Assembly (NCBI GenBank): GCA_965113315.1
Contig: OZ220363.1
Source of the DNA: Podarcis vaucheri
Taxonomy: Eukaryota
Length of the DNA stretch: 64,000 bases
Reading direction: 5' to 3' (one strand)
Position 1 is the stretch's first letter. Each line of letters begins with the position of its first letter. The translations under genes were made by a program, and so were the position numbers. Positions 1 to 11,745 of the stretch are shown here, one piece after another. The notes under the pieces are model-generated. The model searched no databases. It was not told the origin of the DNA and saw only the letters and a list, made by a program, of their open reading frames with translations.

Positions 1-1569
1 GTTAGAAAAGGCAGGAAGGAAAAACAATTTATGTGATTCTGGATGAGCTGAATGTTGTGATTTGCTGATCTGTCGTTGGAGTGTTTCCCAGTCATTGGCT
101 AAACTTTCCAGCTATCCTGATTCTAACATAAAAGGAAACACATTTCAAACTTTTCATGCCTATATTATTAAAGATGCTGTTGAAGTTGTTAAAATGAGTT
201 ATTATTTCTCAGTGCAAGCACCATATGCATTCTGATTCTTAACTATTAAGCCCCAGATTTCTTTTCTTGCATATATAGCATTGCAATCTTTCTCTGCTCT
301 TCTGAATAGCATAAGACTTGCATCCTTGGATCAGATCAGTGGTTCATTTTGGCAGGTATCCTATACAGGGGAGTAAGCCCCATCAAGCATAGTGGGACAC
401 ACTTCTGAGTAAGCATGCATAGATTTGCACTGTTGGTTTAGCCTTGATGTTGCCATCTCTATACTGGCTATCCACAAAAATGCCTTTTCAGTGGCCTGTA
501 GGAACTCCACTGCCTAGGAATTTAACAGGCTGAGCATCTAAACCTGAGCATCTTTGGGAGCTAGTATAGGGCCTTGATATCAGGGTTGCTTGGGGCAGGG
601 TTAAGCTTGTTGGTGTTATTATTTATTGTGTCTTGACATGTATCTTAATGGGCCAAATTACATTAAACCTTTTAATGTTATTTTCTCTTGTCTTAAGGTG
701 TAGCAGGAGAATACAAATGCAAAGAAAGAACAAATATTCTGTGGTCCTTCAATATTCCTCTTCAATATTCCAGTGATTGTTCACATCTGCTTACCAAAGT
801 ATTAATTTTTATTGATTTTAATTATTGCATTTTGTAACCAGTCTAGATAATTGTTTTAATGGGCGGCCAAAATAAAGCAATACAGCAGCTTCAGTTCCTC
901 CAAACTTCATGTTCTTATGTGAAAAAATAAAAAAGTAATGTTTACTCAGATTACAAAACATTTCAAAATTTAAAGGTGGCTAGCACGTAACGTCCTAGAG
1001 ATGCTCACCTGAAATTTGGCAGGATTAATTCCCTCTATAGCAGTTACATTGTCTCCAAATCTTGTGCCCCACTGCGAAAAAACAAGTCTGTTATAACCAT
1101 TTTGGCTTCAAATGCAAGTCACTGGGATTTCCAGAGATTTGTAATTTCCAGATCACATTCTGGATTCAGATCTGGGGTAGGTCAAAATGGGTTCAGATCA
1201 CACCAGATCGGGTCTGATCCAAATTTACAGATCAATCCACAAATTGGATCAGGGGGTCCATGCCTATCCCTAGTATGAATGTGGTGGGATGTAGCAATCT
1301 TTGATATATGTATTTTTAAAAGTCTAATTAATTGCAAGTATCTTGAGAAACTGGAGTGCCTTATATAAGTAGCTTGTGCAATGAGTCTATATAGTGACTT
1401 ATTTGTGCAAACTGTACAGAGGAGCACCTATTCCATAATTTTGAAGTAGCAGTGTGATTCTACTGAATTGTATGGAAGTTCTTTTTAAAAATAAATAAAA
1501 TAAACCACCCTGCATAAGCACTAAATATATTGCGGGGCTGGGGGGGGGGCTGGGTAGGATTTGGGGTCA

Positions 1570-1900
1570 TTGCTTAGGGACAAAACAGACAAATACTTGG
1601 ACAGGTGCAGCTTGTCAAAGACAACCATGACATGTATAAAGGGGAGGCCATGCTTGACAAATGTTATTAACTTGTTTGAGGAGGTGACAATGAAATCTGA
1701 CAGGGGTGAAGAAACAAACATAATCTACTTGGACATCAGGATAGCTTTTTATGCTTGTACACTGAAGACTGGACACAGGGTTAGTAAGTAACCAAAGGGG
1801 AAGTTCTAAACTACTTGGAAAGCGGCGGGATTAAGGTCAGAGAAGCAGAAGTAAATGAGCATATCACATATCATGAAGAAATTATCAATGGGGACTCCCT
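1570..1900 (+). mobile_element. Degenerate CR1 LINE ORF2 (reverse transcriptase) relic
   Basis: ORF 1561-1791 reads KGRPCLTNVINLFEEVT..DRGEETNIIYLDIRIAF, matching the CR1 RT motif KGRSCLTNL..F..VT..D.G..VD.VYLDF.KAF; heavily decayed. Confidence 0.75.
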
Positions 1901-2247
1901 GGGAATCACCAGGAAGTTCAGTCTTACCGACTGTCCTTAATGTGCAGTGATCAGTTCAATCTGTAGATAATACACATGGAATAGGTGATGAAAAAGTAGG
2001 AGGGAGAACCATAAATCTGGGAAATGTAAAGGCCGGTAGGCAGTTTGTGCCAGCATCCAGACATGGTCAGATTTAGAATACATCTTGTAATGAGCAACTT
2101 TTTCAAAAACAAATAAACCTGGCCGTGTAAGGGCAATTTCACTTTTCTTTATTAAAAAAAAGCACAGAGCAAAACATGGATTAATAGCAAAAGGATCTTA
2201 TCATTTGGTGCATTACCTATCAAAAAAAGACTGTGCAAACCTTGAAC

Positions 2248-2396
2248 GTGGTGGACTCTCCTTCATTGGAGGTTTTTAAATTCAGGTTGGATAGCCATCT
2301 CTCAGGAATTCTTTAGCTGTGATTCCTGCATTTCAGAGAGTTGGACTAGATGGCTTTGTGGGTCTCTTCCAACTCTACAGTACTATGATTCTATGA
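2248..2396 (+). mobile_element. CR1 LINE 3' end fragment
   Basis: gtggtggactctccttcattggaggtttttaa...ttggactagatg...ttccaactct..tatgattctatga: end of CR1 ORF2, 3' UTR and (ATTCTATG) tail. Confidence 0.85.
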
Positions 2397-2658
2397 AATC
2401 ATCCACAGCCATGGTGTAATATCTGCTTTCAGTGCTGTTAGAGTCATCTTAATACAGTAGGAAGTGCTATGCAAGGGACATTGTTTCGGTATGATGGGGG
2501 CAAGACAGTGGCAAGTATGGTTCCTCCCCCTTCCTGTGGACCTTTCCCCCCATGGGAACTACACTGTTAAGGCTTGATCCCATTGCATTGGGTAGGATAT
2601 GGAAGCAAAGGAGAGGGGTGTTTTAGAATCCCTCATTCAAGGGCTAAGGACTCACCAG

Positions 2659-2989
2659 CAGGGCTGTCTTTACCTGGGGGTGCAAGGGGTGTGGGGCACC
2701 CGGGTGTCAATTTCTGGGGGGCGCCTGCCTAAGCCCTTAACTATCTACCTGTTATGAAATAATAAATAATTTTGATCAAGCTAGAAAAACAAAATACATA
2801 TATACCTAGGTATTACCGAAATTAATATCTAGGTAATACCTAGGTATTACCTACTGTTTCACTAAAGGACTTTTGACTTTGTGCGCTCATTTACCAAAAA
2901 TGCGCCGCGCCAGCAGCGGCGCTTGTCAGACTTGGGGGCACTAGGCAGATCTTTGCACCCCAGCGGCACATATGCTAAAGACTCCCCTG
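2659..2989. mobile_element. Non-autonomous hAT-type DNA transposon (MITE)
   Basis: TIRs cagggctgtcttta / taaagactcccctg (12/14); perfect 8-bp TSD ctcaccag at 2651-2658 and 2990-2997. Confidence 0.9.
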
Positions 2990-4217
2990 CTCACCAGTTC
3001 TCCCCATAAATACTGGAGGTAGTCTTGGGGCTCTGGAGGTTTTCTAAAGGCTGCTGTCTCTAGCTCCTCCTCCACATACTTGGTGTGCAAGTGACGTCTG
3101 GCTTGTGCATGTTTTTGGGAGGACCAGGCCCATGGAGTGCAGAGACTAATTCCTTAGCTCAAATCTCCCTGAATCCATTAGGTCTAGAAAAAAACTAGTC
3201 CCTGAGGCTAAGAGTAAAAGCCCAATGATTAAGCATTCCACACAACAGTTTAACGTTGTGACCTGTAGACCTGCAAGGCCTGCATGTGTGAATAGGAAAA
3301 CATGCTGCTTGGAGCGAGAGAGAAAGAGGCAGAGGACACAAACCATGCTAAAGCAGCACATGTACCTTTTAAAGAAAGAAAACAGAAACATTATTGTTCT
3401 TTCTGCTAATGAACAGACTTCTGACCCAGGAGGAATTCAGGGAGAACAGCCTCCAGTTACAGGAATGATCTACCAGGAAGGTGAAATGATTTTGGAACTC
3501 AGCATTGCTTGGCGTACTTGCAGAGAAAAAAAAAGCTCTTTTGCCCTTCTCCACTCCATCCTGACACCCACTTTTTAAGAAATTCTTTTCATTCTCTCTC
3601 TGTATTTCTGCTTCTTGTATCTCTCCCCTTTGATGCCTTAATTCTTGGTCACTGCTTGCCTCCGACCAATGCCCCTTTAGGGAAGCCCACCTCAAATCTC
3701 AGGAACCATGATTTTCAGATGACAGTAGCCCAAGGCCTTTTTTTACAGCTTGCTCGCTGCAGAGTGGGGGGAAATCCCTGCCTGGCAGCAGAGCAATGAA
3801 AGTTCAAAAGTCCTCTTTCAAGTTAAAATTTGCACTCATGAAAGTTTGATATGGACAGGAAGCCAGTGCAGAAACATATAGAAGTGACATGCGAATCATA
3901 GTGATGGGGTGGGGGGCAGAAAGGGGTGATTTTTAATAAAGGTTTGCTGAACCGGCTCAATATGAGAGTAGGGGCACTCAACAGAAACAATGGATAACTG
4001 AAAGGGTGTTTTACTAGTCAATGCAAAAAACCAAAAAAAGTAGGTTTACAAACCAGACTTTGGTGACGATGTGGAGAAGAGGTTTTTAGCATTTGCCTTG
4101 ATGAAGGAAGGAAAGACAGGATTGCCCCTTAGGCTATATGCTTCAGTGATATATAAGAAAGATTTCTTATAAGATTTCTTTGTAAGAAATATTTGTGATA
4201 AGTGATTACGTACTTAC

Positions 4218-4339
4218 CTCGGTGAGCATATAACCACTTGGTGCTACTGTAATCTGTCTCCAAAAATACACACAACCACGCCAGCTCAGACCCCAGGGGC
4301 CACATGCTTCTGGAAATTCCAGGGTTCTCATGATCTTGG
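4218..4339 (-). other. Candidate spliced exon, probably non-coding
   Basis: Minus-strand acceptor gttttctgcag and donor gag|gtaagt; no recognisable peptide. Confidence 0.3.
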
Positions 4340-4671
4340 CTGCAGAAAACAGCTGTGGTGCTGGAACAAGTAGTTGGCCTGGTAAGTGACACTCCGACCT
4401 GCAACATCCTGCTAAGCCAAGAGAAGAATTTCCCTAGTCGTTTGCTTCCTCAGTCATGCAGATGACTGGCGTACCAGCTGTTTAAATGACACTTTAAATG
4501 ACACTTTAGCACTTAATAAATAGAATTCCCCAGCGGAGGTAACAATAACTCCAATAACAAGAGCAATTCGGGAAGGTAATGGTGGCATTACGCAATCACA
4601 AAGTAGAAGAGTTCCAGTGGATTATTTTGTTGACCCCAGGTCCAATCCTAATGCAGATGTTGTACCTAAAT

Positions 4672-4807
4672 TAGTGGTGGGCAACATATGGTCTTCCAGA
4701 TGTTATTGGGCTCCAACTCCCATCAACCTCAGCCAGCATGGCCAATGGTCAAGGATGCCGGGAGTTGTGATCCAATAACAACTGGAGGGCTCCAAATCCA
4801 TCCCCTG
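4672..4807. mobile_element. Short palindromic hAT-type MITE (common lizard family), decayed
   Basis: tccagatgtt...caactcccatc...gggagttg...aacaactgga internal inverted structure; similar to copies at 26856, 48485 and 56010; no clear TSD. Confidence 0.7.
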
Positions 4808-5015
4808 TGAACTGAAGGATCCCTGCCTAGTTCAAGTGCAACCTAACTGCAAAAACCACCATGTAGGATTTTCCATTCACTCTACCTGCCTTTACAAAAA
4901 AAGAGATAGGACCAAAAGTCATAGTGTCAGATCTCATAACTGAAATCAACTGTTGGAATGTTTTATGGAGTTTGATTTTGTGGGATACTCTTAAAAACAT
5001 ATACCGGTAACTTAC

Positions 5016-5115
5016 ATCCTGTCGATTACACTCATGGCAAAGATGTGGTGTTACCAAGTCTGATACTTTCATCACAGCATATTCTTTCACTCAGCAGTAA
5101 ACATCACTGCGAATC
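5016..5115 (-). other. Candidate non-coding/UTR exon
   Basis: Minus strand: branch point ttctaat + tttattttgttttccag acceptor; donor gat|gtaagt; stops in all three frames. Confidence 0.4.
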
Positions 5116-5595
5116 CTGGAAAACAAAATAAAAATTAGAACAACATAACTTTGAGGTTTTTTGCAAGCATATTTGGCTCAAGAGAGTATGCTGTTCTTTT
5201 GGATTGAAAGCCCTTCTGGCAGGAACATGTCATCCTATACTTTGTAAACCATTCTACACCTTGAAAGAATAGCAGCAGCAGCAGCAACATAAGGAGAATG
5301 TGTTTGAGAATTCTTCCTCGAATGCTGGTTTTGCTCATATTCAGATAACAAGCACATATGAATTGAACAGAGGTGACTATTCACTAAGGGCGACTTGAGT
5401 GGTATGGACCTGGAGTTATCCAATGAAGCTTCATGGTAGGATAGTCAGGCAGACTAATGGAAGAACATACACATGATTATAATACGGAACACACACTACA
5501 CTAAGATGCTGTGATAGTCACCAACTTGGACAGCTTTGGTTAGACAAATTATTGGCAGATTAGGTTATCAGTGACTGCTAGCTGTGATGGCTATA

Positions 5596-5915
5596 CAGTG
5601 GTGCCCCGCAAGACGAATGCCTCGCAAGATGAAAAACCCGCTAGACGAAAGGGTTTTCCGTTTTTCGATGCGCTTCGCAAGACGAATTTCCCTATGGGCT
5701 TGCTTCGCAAGACGAAAACGTCTTGTGAGTCTTGCGATTTTTTTCGCTCCCCCCCTTTTCCTAAGCCGCTAATAGCCTTTTAGCCGCTAAGCCTTTAATA
5801 GCCACTAAACCGCTAATAGCGCTAAGCCGCTAAGAGGGTTGCTTCGCAAGACGAAAAAACCGCTAGACGAAGAGACTCGCGGAACGGATTATTTTCGTCT
5901 TGCGAGGCACCACTG
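5596..5915. mobile_element. Tc1/mariner (pogo/Tigger-like) MITE
   Basis: TIR cagtggtgccccgcaagacgaa / ttcgtcttgcgaggcaccactg; TA on both flanks; CpG-rich, so probably young. Confidence 0.92.
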
Positions 5916-6010
5916 TATTATCTCCAGTATCAGAGGCTCGTTGGTTTCCTAGGAATACCAGTTGCCCAGGAACATGAACAGAAGAGAGTTCCTTTGTTCT
6001 TGTCCTGCTT

Positions 6011-6556
6011 ATAGAATCATAGAATCATAGAGTTGGAATAGACCACAAGGGCCATCGAGTCCAACCCCCTGCCAAGCAGGAAACATCATCAGAGCACTCC
6101 TGATATATGGTTGTCAAGCCTCTGCTTAAAGACCTCCAAAGAAGGAGACTCCACCACACTCCTTGGAAGCAAATTCCACTGTCGAACAGCTCTTACTGTC
6201 AGGAAGTTCTTCCTAATGTTTAGGTGGAATCTTCTTTCTTGTAGTTTGGATCCATTGCTCGGTGTCCGCTTCTCTGGAGCAGCAGAAAACAACCTTTCCC
6301 CCTCCTCTACGTGACATCCTTTTATATATTTGAACATGGCTATCATATCACTCCTTAACCTCCTCTTCTCCAGGCTAAACATGCCCAGCTCCCTTAGCCG
6401 TTCCTCATAAGGTATCGTTTCCAGGCCTTTGACTATTTTGGTTGCCCTCCTCTGGACACGTTCCAGTTTGTCAGTGTCCTTCTTGAACTGTGGTGCCCAG
6501 AACTGGACACAGTACTCCAGGTGAGGTCTGACCAGAGCAGAATACAGTGGCACTGT
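6011..6556 (-). mobile_element. CR1 LINE, 5'-truncated (ORF2 C-terminus + 3' UTR)
   Basis: ORF 6089-6613 contains [53 protein letters not shown]; (ATTCTATG)n tail read as tagaatcatagaatcat on the + strand. Confidence 0.97.
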
Positions 6557-8674
6557 ATGTAGGCTTCTCATTGGCATCTGGTTGGTCGCTTGAGAGCAAG
6601 ATGCTGCACTCAATACCTTTGGTCTGATCCAGCAGGGCTGTTCCTATGTACATGTAATCACTTGCTTAGCTGGCCATATGTTGCCATGTACTGAGAAGGA
6701 TGTGACATTCCTCTGCTTCCCTGAATTTCTGATAAAGTACAGCTGTGTGGTCATCTTCTCTCCACTACTTGACAGAGTGCTGCAGATGACTTGGCTTACC
6801 AGGTGGTTTGAAGCACCAAGTTACCATTTGGTTTGCATTTATCCAGAGTTGGCGACTGTAGGGAACTGCCGGCTTTTTGACGGCCAACCCTGAACCCTGG
6901 TGGATCCAGATGTCAGGAACAAACTTGAAAGAGCATAACACTCTATTTGTACCCTGAACTAATGTAAATTATCTGGGAAAGCATCCAAAATTGGTTACTT
7001 TTATGGGTTAGCCAGACTACTGATCTGATAACATAAGGCAGTTCCTATGAATTCTAACCCCAGATGGCCAAGGCAACGTTGCTGAATTTTAAAATAATTT
7101 CTTCCCCAGGACCAGTTTAGCTTAATGTTGATATTGCCACTTCCATTGTGAGATCCTAAATTTTATTATTAGATAAAAAGGCATGGGCTAAAGATAATAA
7201 CATGTAAGTCTGAATTTATATCTTTACATCTACTTATGTGGTTAAAAAGGAGCCTTTGGCAACAGTGAAACATTTTTGTTGGTTAATATGTGCCATGTGA
7301 AATAGCTCAAGCCTAATTACCATGCGGAATTAGGCAGAAAATAGTATCTTTTTATCAGAGAATGGAAACTAATGCTTGTGTTGGAACAAAACAAGAATAC
7401 AAGATAAGGTAAACTGTTATAATGTGGTGCATTGTACATTTACTCATTTAAATGCAATCTCTTCTTAACAAAGTGAATATTTTAAAAGCTACTTTTGTCT
7501 TTGGATGCAGGAAAAGAGACAAGGAAATTAATATTTTCATAATATATATGTCATCTTATATTTCATGCCTGAATCATTTGAAAATGCAGATTAATTTGCA
7601 AACAGTTTAGAGAGCTGAACTATTGAATGGGGTCCTCTAAGATTTAGGATTTGTCATCTCTTAAAATTGACACCCAGTGAGAGCTTGTCAATTACAAAGG
7701 AGTGAAATGAAGTGAAAATAAGTCTCATCTTCATCTTCTCGTTTTATGCTTGGCTGGTTATGGAGAGACATCATTTACAAGCTGAGAATAATTACTTGCA
7801 AAGTTATGTTTTACCCTAAACCCAAATTATTTATTATTTTATTCCACAGTGGTGAGGCAGTCATCGTAATTTAATAATAATCTTATCGCCCAAATTACTC
7901 TACAAGGAATCATTTGGCCATCCAAAATGTGGTTTTAGGAGTTTTAGAAAAGGTTTTTTGTGTGTGTTTTTTTAGTATCAGTCAGGAAGTGTATCCTTTC
8001 CTGTAAAGAGCCAGCTTCTTTTATGATGAGTTATTTAGATTTAGATTTTATAAATATGTAGCAGCATATAATTTAGCAAATATATTAAAGTATGAATATG
8101 CTATAGAGGGAAATAACACAACAAAACCTCTACCTGTTTACATAAATACATATCATAATATTCTTTAAGCATCTTTGTGTGCTACATTAGCAATATTCCT
8201 GTTTGTTTATGCCATTTTGCTAATAGTGATCATTTTATAGCCTGGGCACAATTTAGCAAATGCATTTGTTAGGCAGCCATTATTCATTGCAAAGGGCATG
8301 TGCAGCAATTCTGTGCATTTTCCTTTGGAATTAATGAAATGCACCAGCAATGCCTGCTAGATTGCAACCTTGTCATTTCCTATGCTCCTGCTATTGCAAT
8401 GTAGGCATAATATTGCCAGCACCTCTATCTAAATGTTTGTGCTTTGATCTCAAACAGGTTTCTGTGCACTGGTTGGCTTTGTGGATGTGGTCAGTGTCAG
8501 CAAAATGGCTGTGCATGGGGGAAGAAAAGAAATTTCAGTGGCATTAATAATGTCGCTATACAAATCTGTGCTGCAGCTGCAACCATCTGGCAGTGTCATG
8601 CCACTATAAACAGCTATGACTTCCCCAAGAGAATCCTGGGAACTGTATTTTGTTACTAATGCTGGGGTTTGGTA

Positions 8675-9032
8675 AAGGTAAAGGTAAAGGGACCCCTGAC
8701 CATTAGGTCCAGTCATGACCGACTCTGGGGTTGCGGCGCTCATCTCGCTTTATTGGCCGAGGGAGCTGGCGTACAGCTTCTGGGTCATGTGGCCAGCATG
8801 ACTAAGCCGCTTCTGGCGAACCAGAGCAGCGCACGGAAACGCCATTTACCTTCCCGCCAGAGAAGGCTATTTATCTACTTGCACTTTGATGTGCTTTCGA
8901 ACTGCTAGGTTGGCAGGAGCAGGGACCGAGCAACGGGAGCTCACCTCGTTGCGGGGATTCGAACCGCCGACCTTCTGATCAGCAAGTCCTAGCCTCTGTG
9001 GTTTAACCCACAGTGCCACCTGCATCCTGGGT
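8675..9032 (-). mobile_element. Sauria SINE (full length)
   Basis: (ACCTTT)n tail read as aaaggtaaaggt; tRNA-like head with B box (ggttcgaatcc on minus); 12-bp TSD tggggtttggta at 8663-8674 and 9033-9044. Confidence 0.95.
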
Positions 9033-9112
9033 TGGGGTTTGGTAGGAGGCCCCTATTCCTCTCATCAAGCTGCAATTCTCAGAGTGGTTTAACAGTCCAC
9101 CCCTCTTTCCAG

Positions 9113-9325
9113 GATTAGACAAATTCATGAAATATAAGGCTAGGAAATACAAGGTCGGAGACTGTGTGCTTCTGACTACCAGTTGCTGGAAACCACAGGA
9201 AAGGTAAGTGCTATTGAGCTTGCTTCCTGCTTATGGTCTTTCCATGGGCATCTAGTTGGCCACTGTAAGACCGAGAAGATGGGCTCGATGGGCCACTGTC
9301 TTGATCCAGCGTCTTGTTTCTTAAT
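9113..9325 (+). mobile_element. Old CR1-type 3' fragment
   Basis: ggattagacaaattcatg...accagttgctgg...ggcatctagttggccactg...tgatccagc; same family as 5505-6650. Confidence 0.65.
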
Positions 9326-9589
9326 CCAGACAGGGTAAATGCAAAAGGAGAGGGCAAGCCTGATAAAGGAACCAAGGTTCTTTTGACATACAAAGGGGAT
9401 GCTAATTGGAATCAGTGAGCAACGAACAGAGGAATCTATGGTGATCCTGGGAAGGCTTCTGTTTTATGGAAGCCCTTGGTCTAAAACACACTTACTTGGA
9501 AGTCAGATGTGCTGAGAGCAGCAGGATGCACTGACCAAGAAAAGCCTCCATTCCAATTAGGAGCTACATGTGCTTGGAAATAGACTTCG

Positions 9590-9819
9590 GCATTTTCTGC
9601 GGCAACCCTCAAGCTATGGAATTCCCTCTCCAGAGAGGTGCATCTGGTACCTTCATTGTATAGCTTTCACTGTATGGTGATGATGCACCTCTTTATCCGA
9701 GACAGATGATTTTAGTACACCCCCTATCCTTTTGATTTTGAATGGTGAGCTGATTTTTACACTGCATTTTTTTCATTCTTGTAAATGTCCTGGGACCTTA
9801 CAGTAAAGGGCAAGTAAGA

Positions 9820-9867
<48 letters not shown>
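9590..9867 (+). mobile_element. Old L2 LINE 3' fragment with (TTA)n tail
   Basis: cattttctgcggcaaccctcaagctatggaattccctc (AFS.A.P.LWNSL-like) followed by a 3' UTR and an (ATT)n run at 9820-9867. Confidence 0.6.
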
Positions 9868-11019
9868 TACCCACCATAACTGGATAGGAAATCACCCACA
9901 CAAATGTGTGCTACAGGCATGAACTCTAATCTGATCCAACTGATAAGGCAGTGCTTACTAGCCTTGAAATTCCAGCAATCTTGGTTCAATAAGGACAACA
10001 AAGGATGGATTCACTCCCGCATTCCCTATCTGTTCCGATTTAAAAATAAAAATAAAATGTGGGGTTCCGTATTTGAAGGGTGTGTGTGTGTGTGTGTAAT
10101 GGCCATACTTAAGCAAGATAACAGTTATATAGGAATTGGTGCACATGAGTGCTCAAATTATATGGGAAGGAGGGGAGGCAGCCCCTTAGCTCTTGCAAAA
10201 GCTCCCTTAGCTACTGTTTTTAGAAAGCAATGGGTACCATGCTTTGACCCAAATAAGGGTGGGGCAAATGAGGAGGTGGGGTTTGTGGATTTAATTAAAG
10301 GCCCCCATACCTCCCTCCCACAATCAACTTGAAAACTGTCATCCTTGGTCAGGTATGTTCTCGGTATGCTCTCTGCTGGTCTAGGGCAAAAGAATGTAGA
10401 AGCAGAGCATTATTCACCTTAGCATATATTTTGGTTCTGCAATTCAGCTATGCAGGGAATCATTTCCTTTGCTATAAAGGAAAAGATGCTTTGATCACAT
10501 AAAAGCTTCTTACATATTATGGAATGATTCCTCTTTGCTATTAGGTATATGTATGAAAAATGCCATTCATTTTTAGAAAGTTCCTTTCTCACCTACAATG
10601 CCTGTAAAACAGAGTGCACATTCCAGCACTATGCACATAAACATCTGATCTAAATATCCATCCACAAAGCATTTTGTTAATCTGGCTCTCTCTCTCTCTC
10701 TCTCTAATTTCTTTAACATATGATGACTGCAAGAAATGTGAGACAATGTGGCAACAATTCAAAGCACTGCAAGGAACTCAGAAGGGGTGAGGCATCCCAA
10801 GCCCACAAACTTTTGGGTCTCTCTAGTCAGCCTTTGGGATTCTTCCCAGGCCACACACCTTCTCCAGGTCACACCCTCATCGGCCTTGCTTTGTCTCTGC
10901 CTTGGGTGCTTTTTCCTCGGTGACATGTATCCTTGAACTGTGATATTGCCTCTTCCTTGGATGGAAAAGTGTGTGTGTGTGTGTGTTGCTGATGTTTGCA
11001 GGACTGGAATGTCAGGCCC

Positions 11020-11150
11020 TCTGAGGGCCCCTATTTTCCAGGGACAGTCCCAGATTTACAAAAGCCACCCTGGTTTCTGATTTGATCCCAGAATGTCCCA
11101 CTTTTCCTTAGGACGTCCCTGTTTTCATCAGAGAAATGTTGGAAGATATG
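11020..11150. mobile_element. hAT-type non-autonomous element fragment
   Basis: Repeated gggac/gtccc subterminal motifs ending aatgttggaagatatg; related inverted fragment at about 43182-43400. Confidence 0.5.
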
Positions 11151-11369
11151 AAATGTGGAGTACTGTGCGGAGGTTAGAGTTCTAACTGTTTCTCTGCTCA
11201 AAGCCACCACAGAAAATCTCAAATGATACACCAGCAGAACATTTCAATTCATTGAGTGCAACTCCATCATCAGGCCACTCCACTGCCTCTTGAACACCCT
11301 CAGTAAAAGGTGTCATGGAATTCTTAAAACAAAACAAAACAAAACAAAACAAAACAAAACAAAAACACC

Positions 11370-11745
11370 TTTCTAGAGCTAGTTTAAATGATAGCAAGGA
11401 GAAGGCTGATCCTATCTCCTGTTTGCAGGGAATTCCATGAGAGTGGGGCCACCTTGAAGAAGGCCCCATTCTTCATGACTGTCAGCCCAACCTTTCCCCC
11501 TGACAGGCATGGGAGAAGGAGCTTTATCAATGACCTTAAAACTCTGGCAGGTGTGCATGGGCACAGGTGGTCCTCCAGATAACTTGGTCCCAAACCATTA
11601 AGGGCTTTAAAGGTCATGACCAGCACTTTGAACTGGGTGTGGAAGCAAAGAAGCAGCCAGTGCAGCTGACACAGAATTGGTGTAATAACGTCCAAGCGTT
11701 TAACTCCTGTCAACACTTGGGCTGCTGCATTCCACATCAGCCAAT
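11370..11745 (-). mobile_element. L2 LINE ORF2 C-terminal fragment
   Basis: ORF 11384-11761: NAAAQVLTG...ITPILCQLHWL...FKVLVMTFKALNGLGPSYL...AFFKVAPLSWNSL. Confidence 0.9.

Larger units (their letters stand above)
5505..6650 (+). mobile_element. Old CR1-type 3' fragment split by two younger insertions (MITE 5596-5915 and CR1 6011-6556)
   Basis: Pieces 5505-5595, 5916-6010 and 6557-6650 join into ttagacaaatt...accagttg...ggcatctggttgg...tctgatccagcagggctgttcctatgt, the same tail seen at 9113-9325 and 20125-20221. Confidence 0.7.

Noticed and set aside
1130-1255. Cluster of GATC/agatc motifs with short inverted repeats
   Set aside because: No termini or TSD found; probably a decayed repeat and too weak to call
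8450-8908. Recurring similar ORFs (also at 39112-39675 and 48618-49043)
   Set aside because: Translations of non-coding SINE copies
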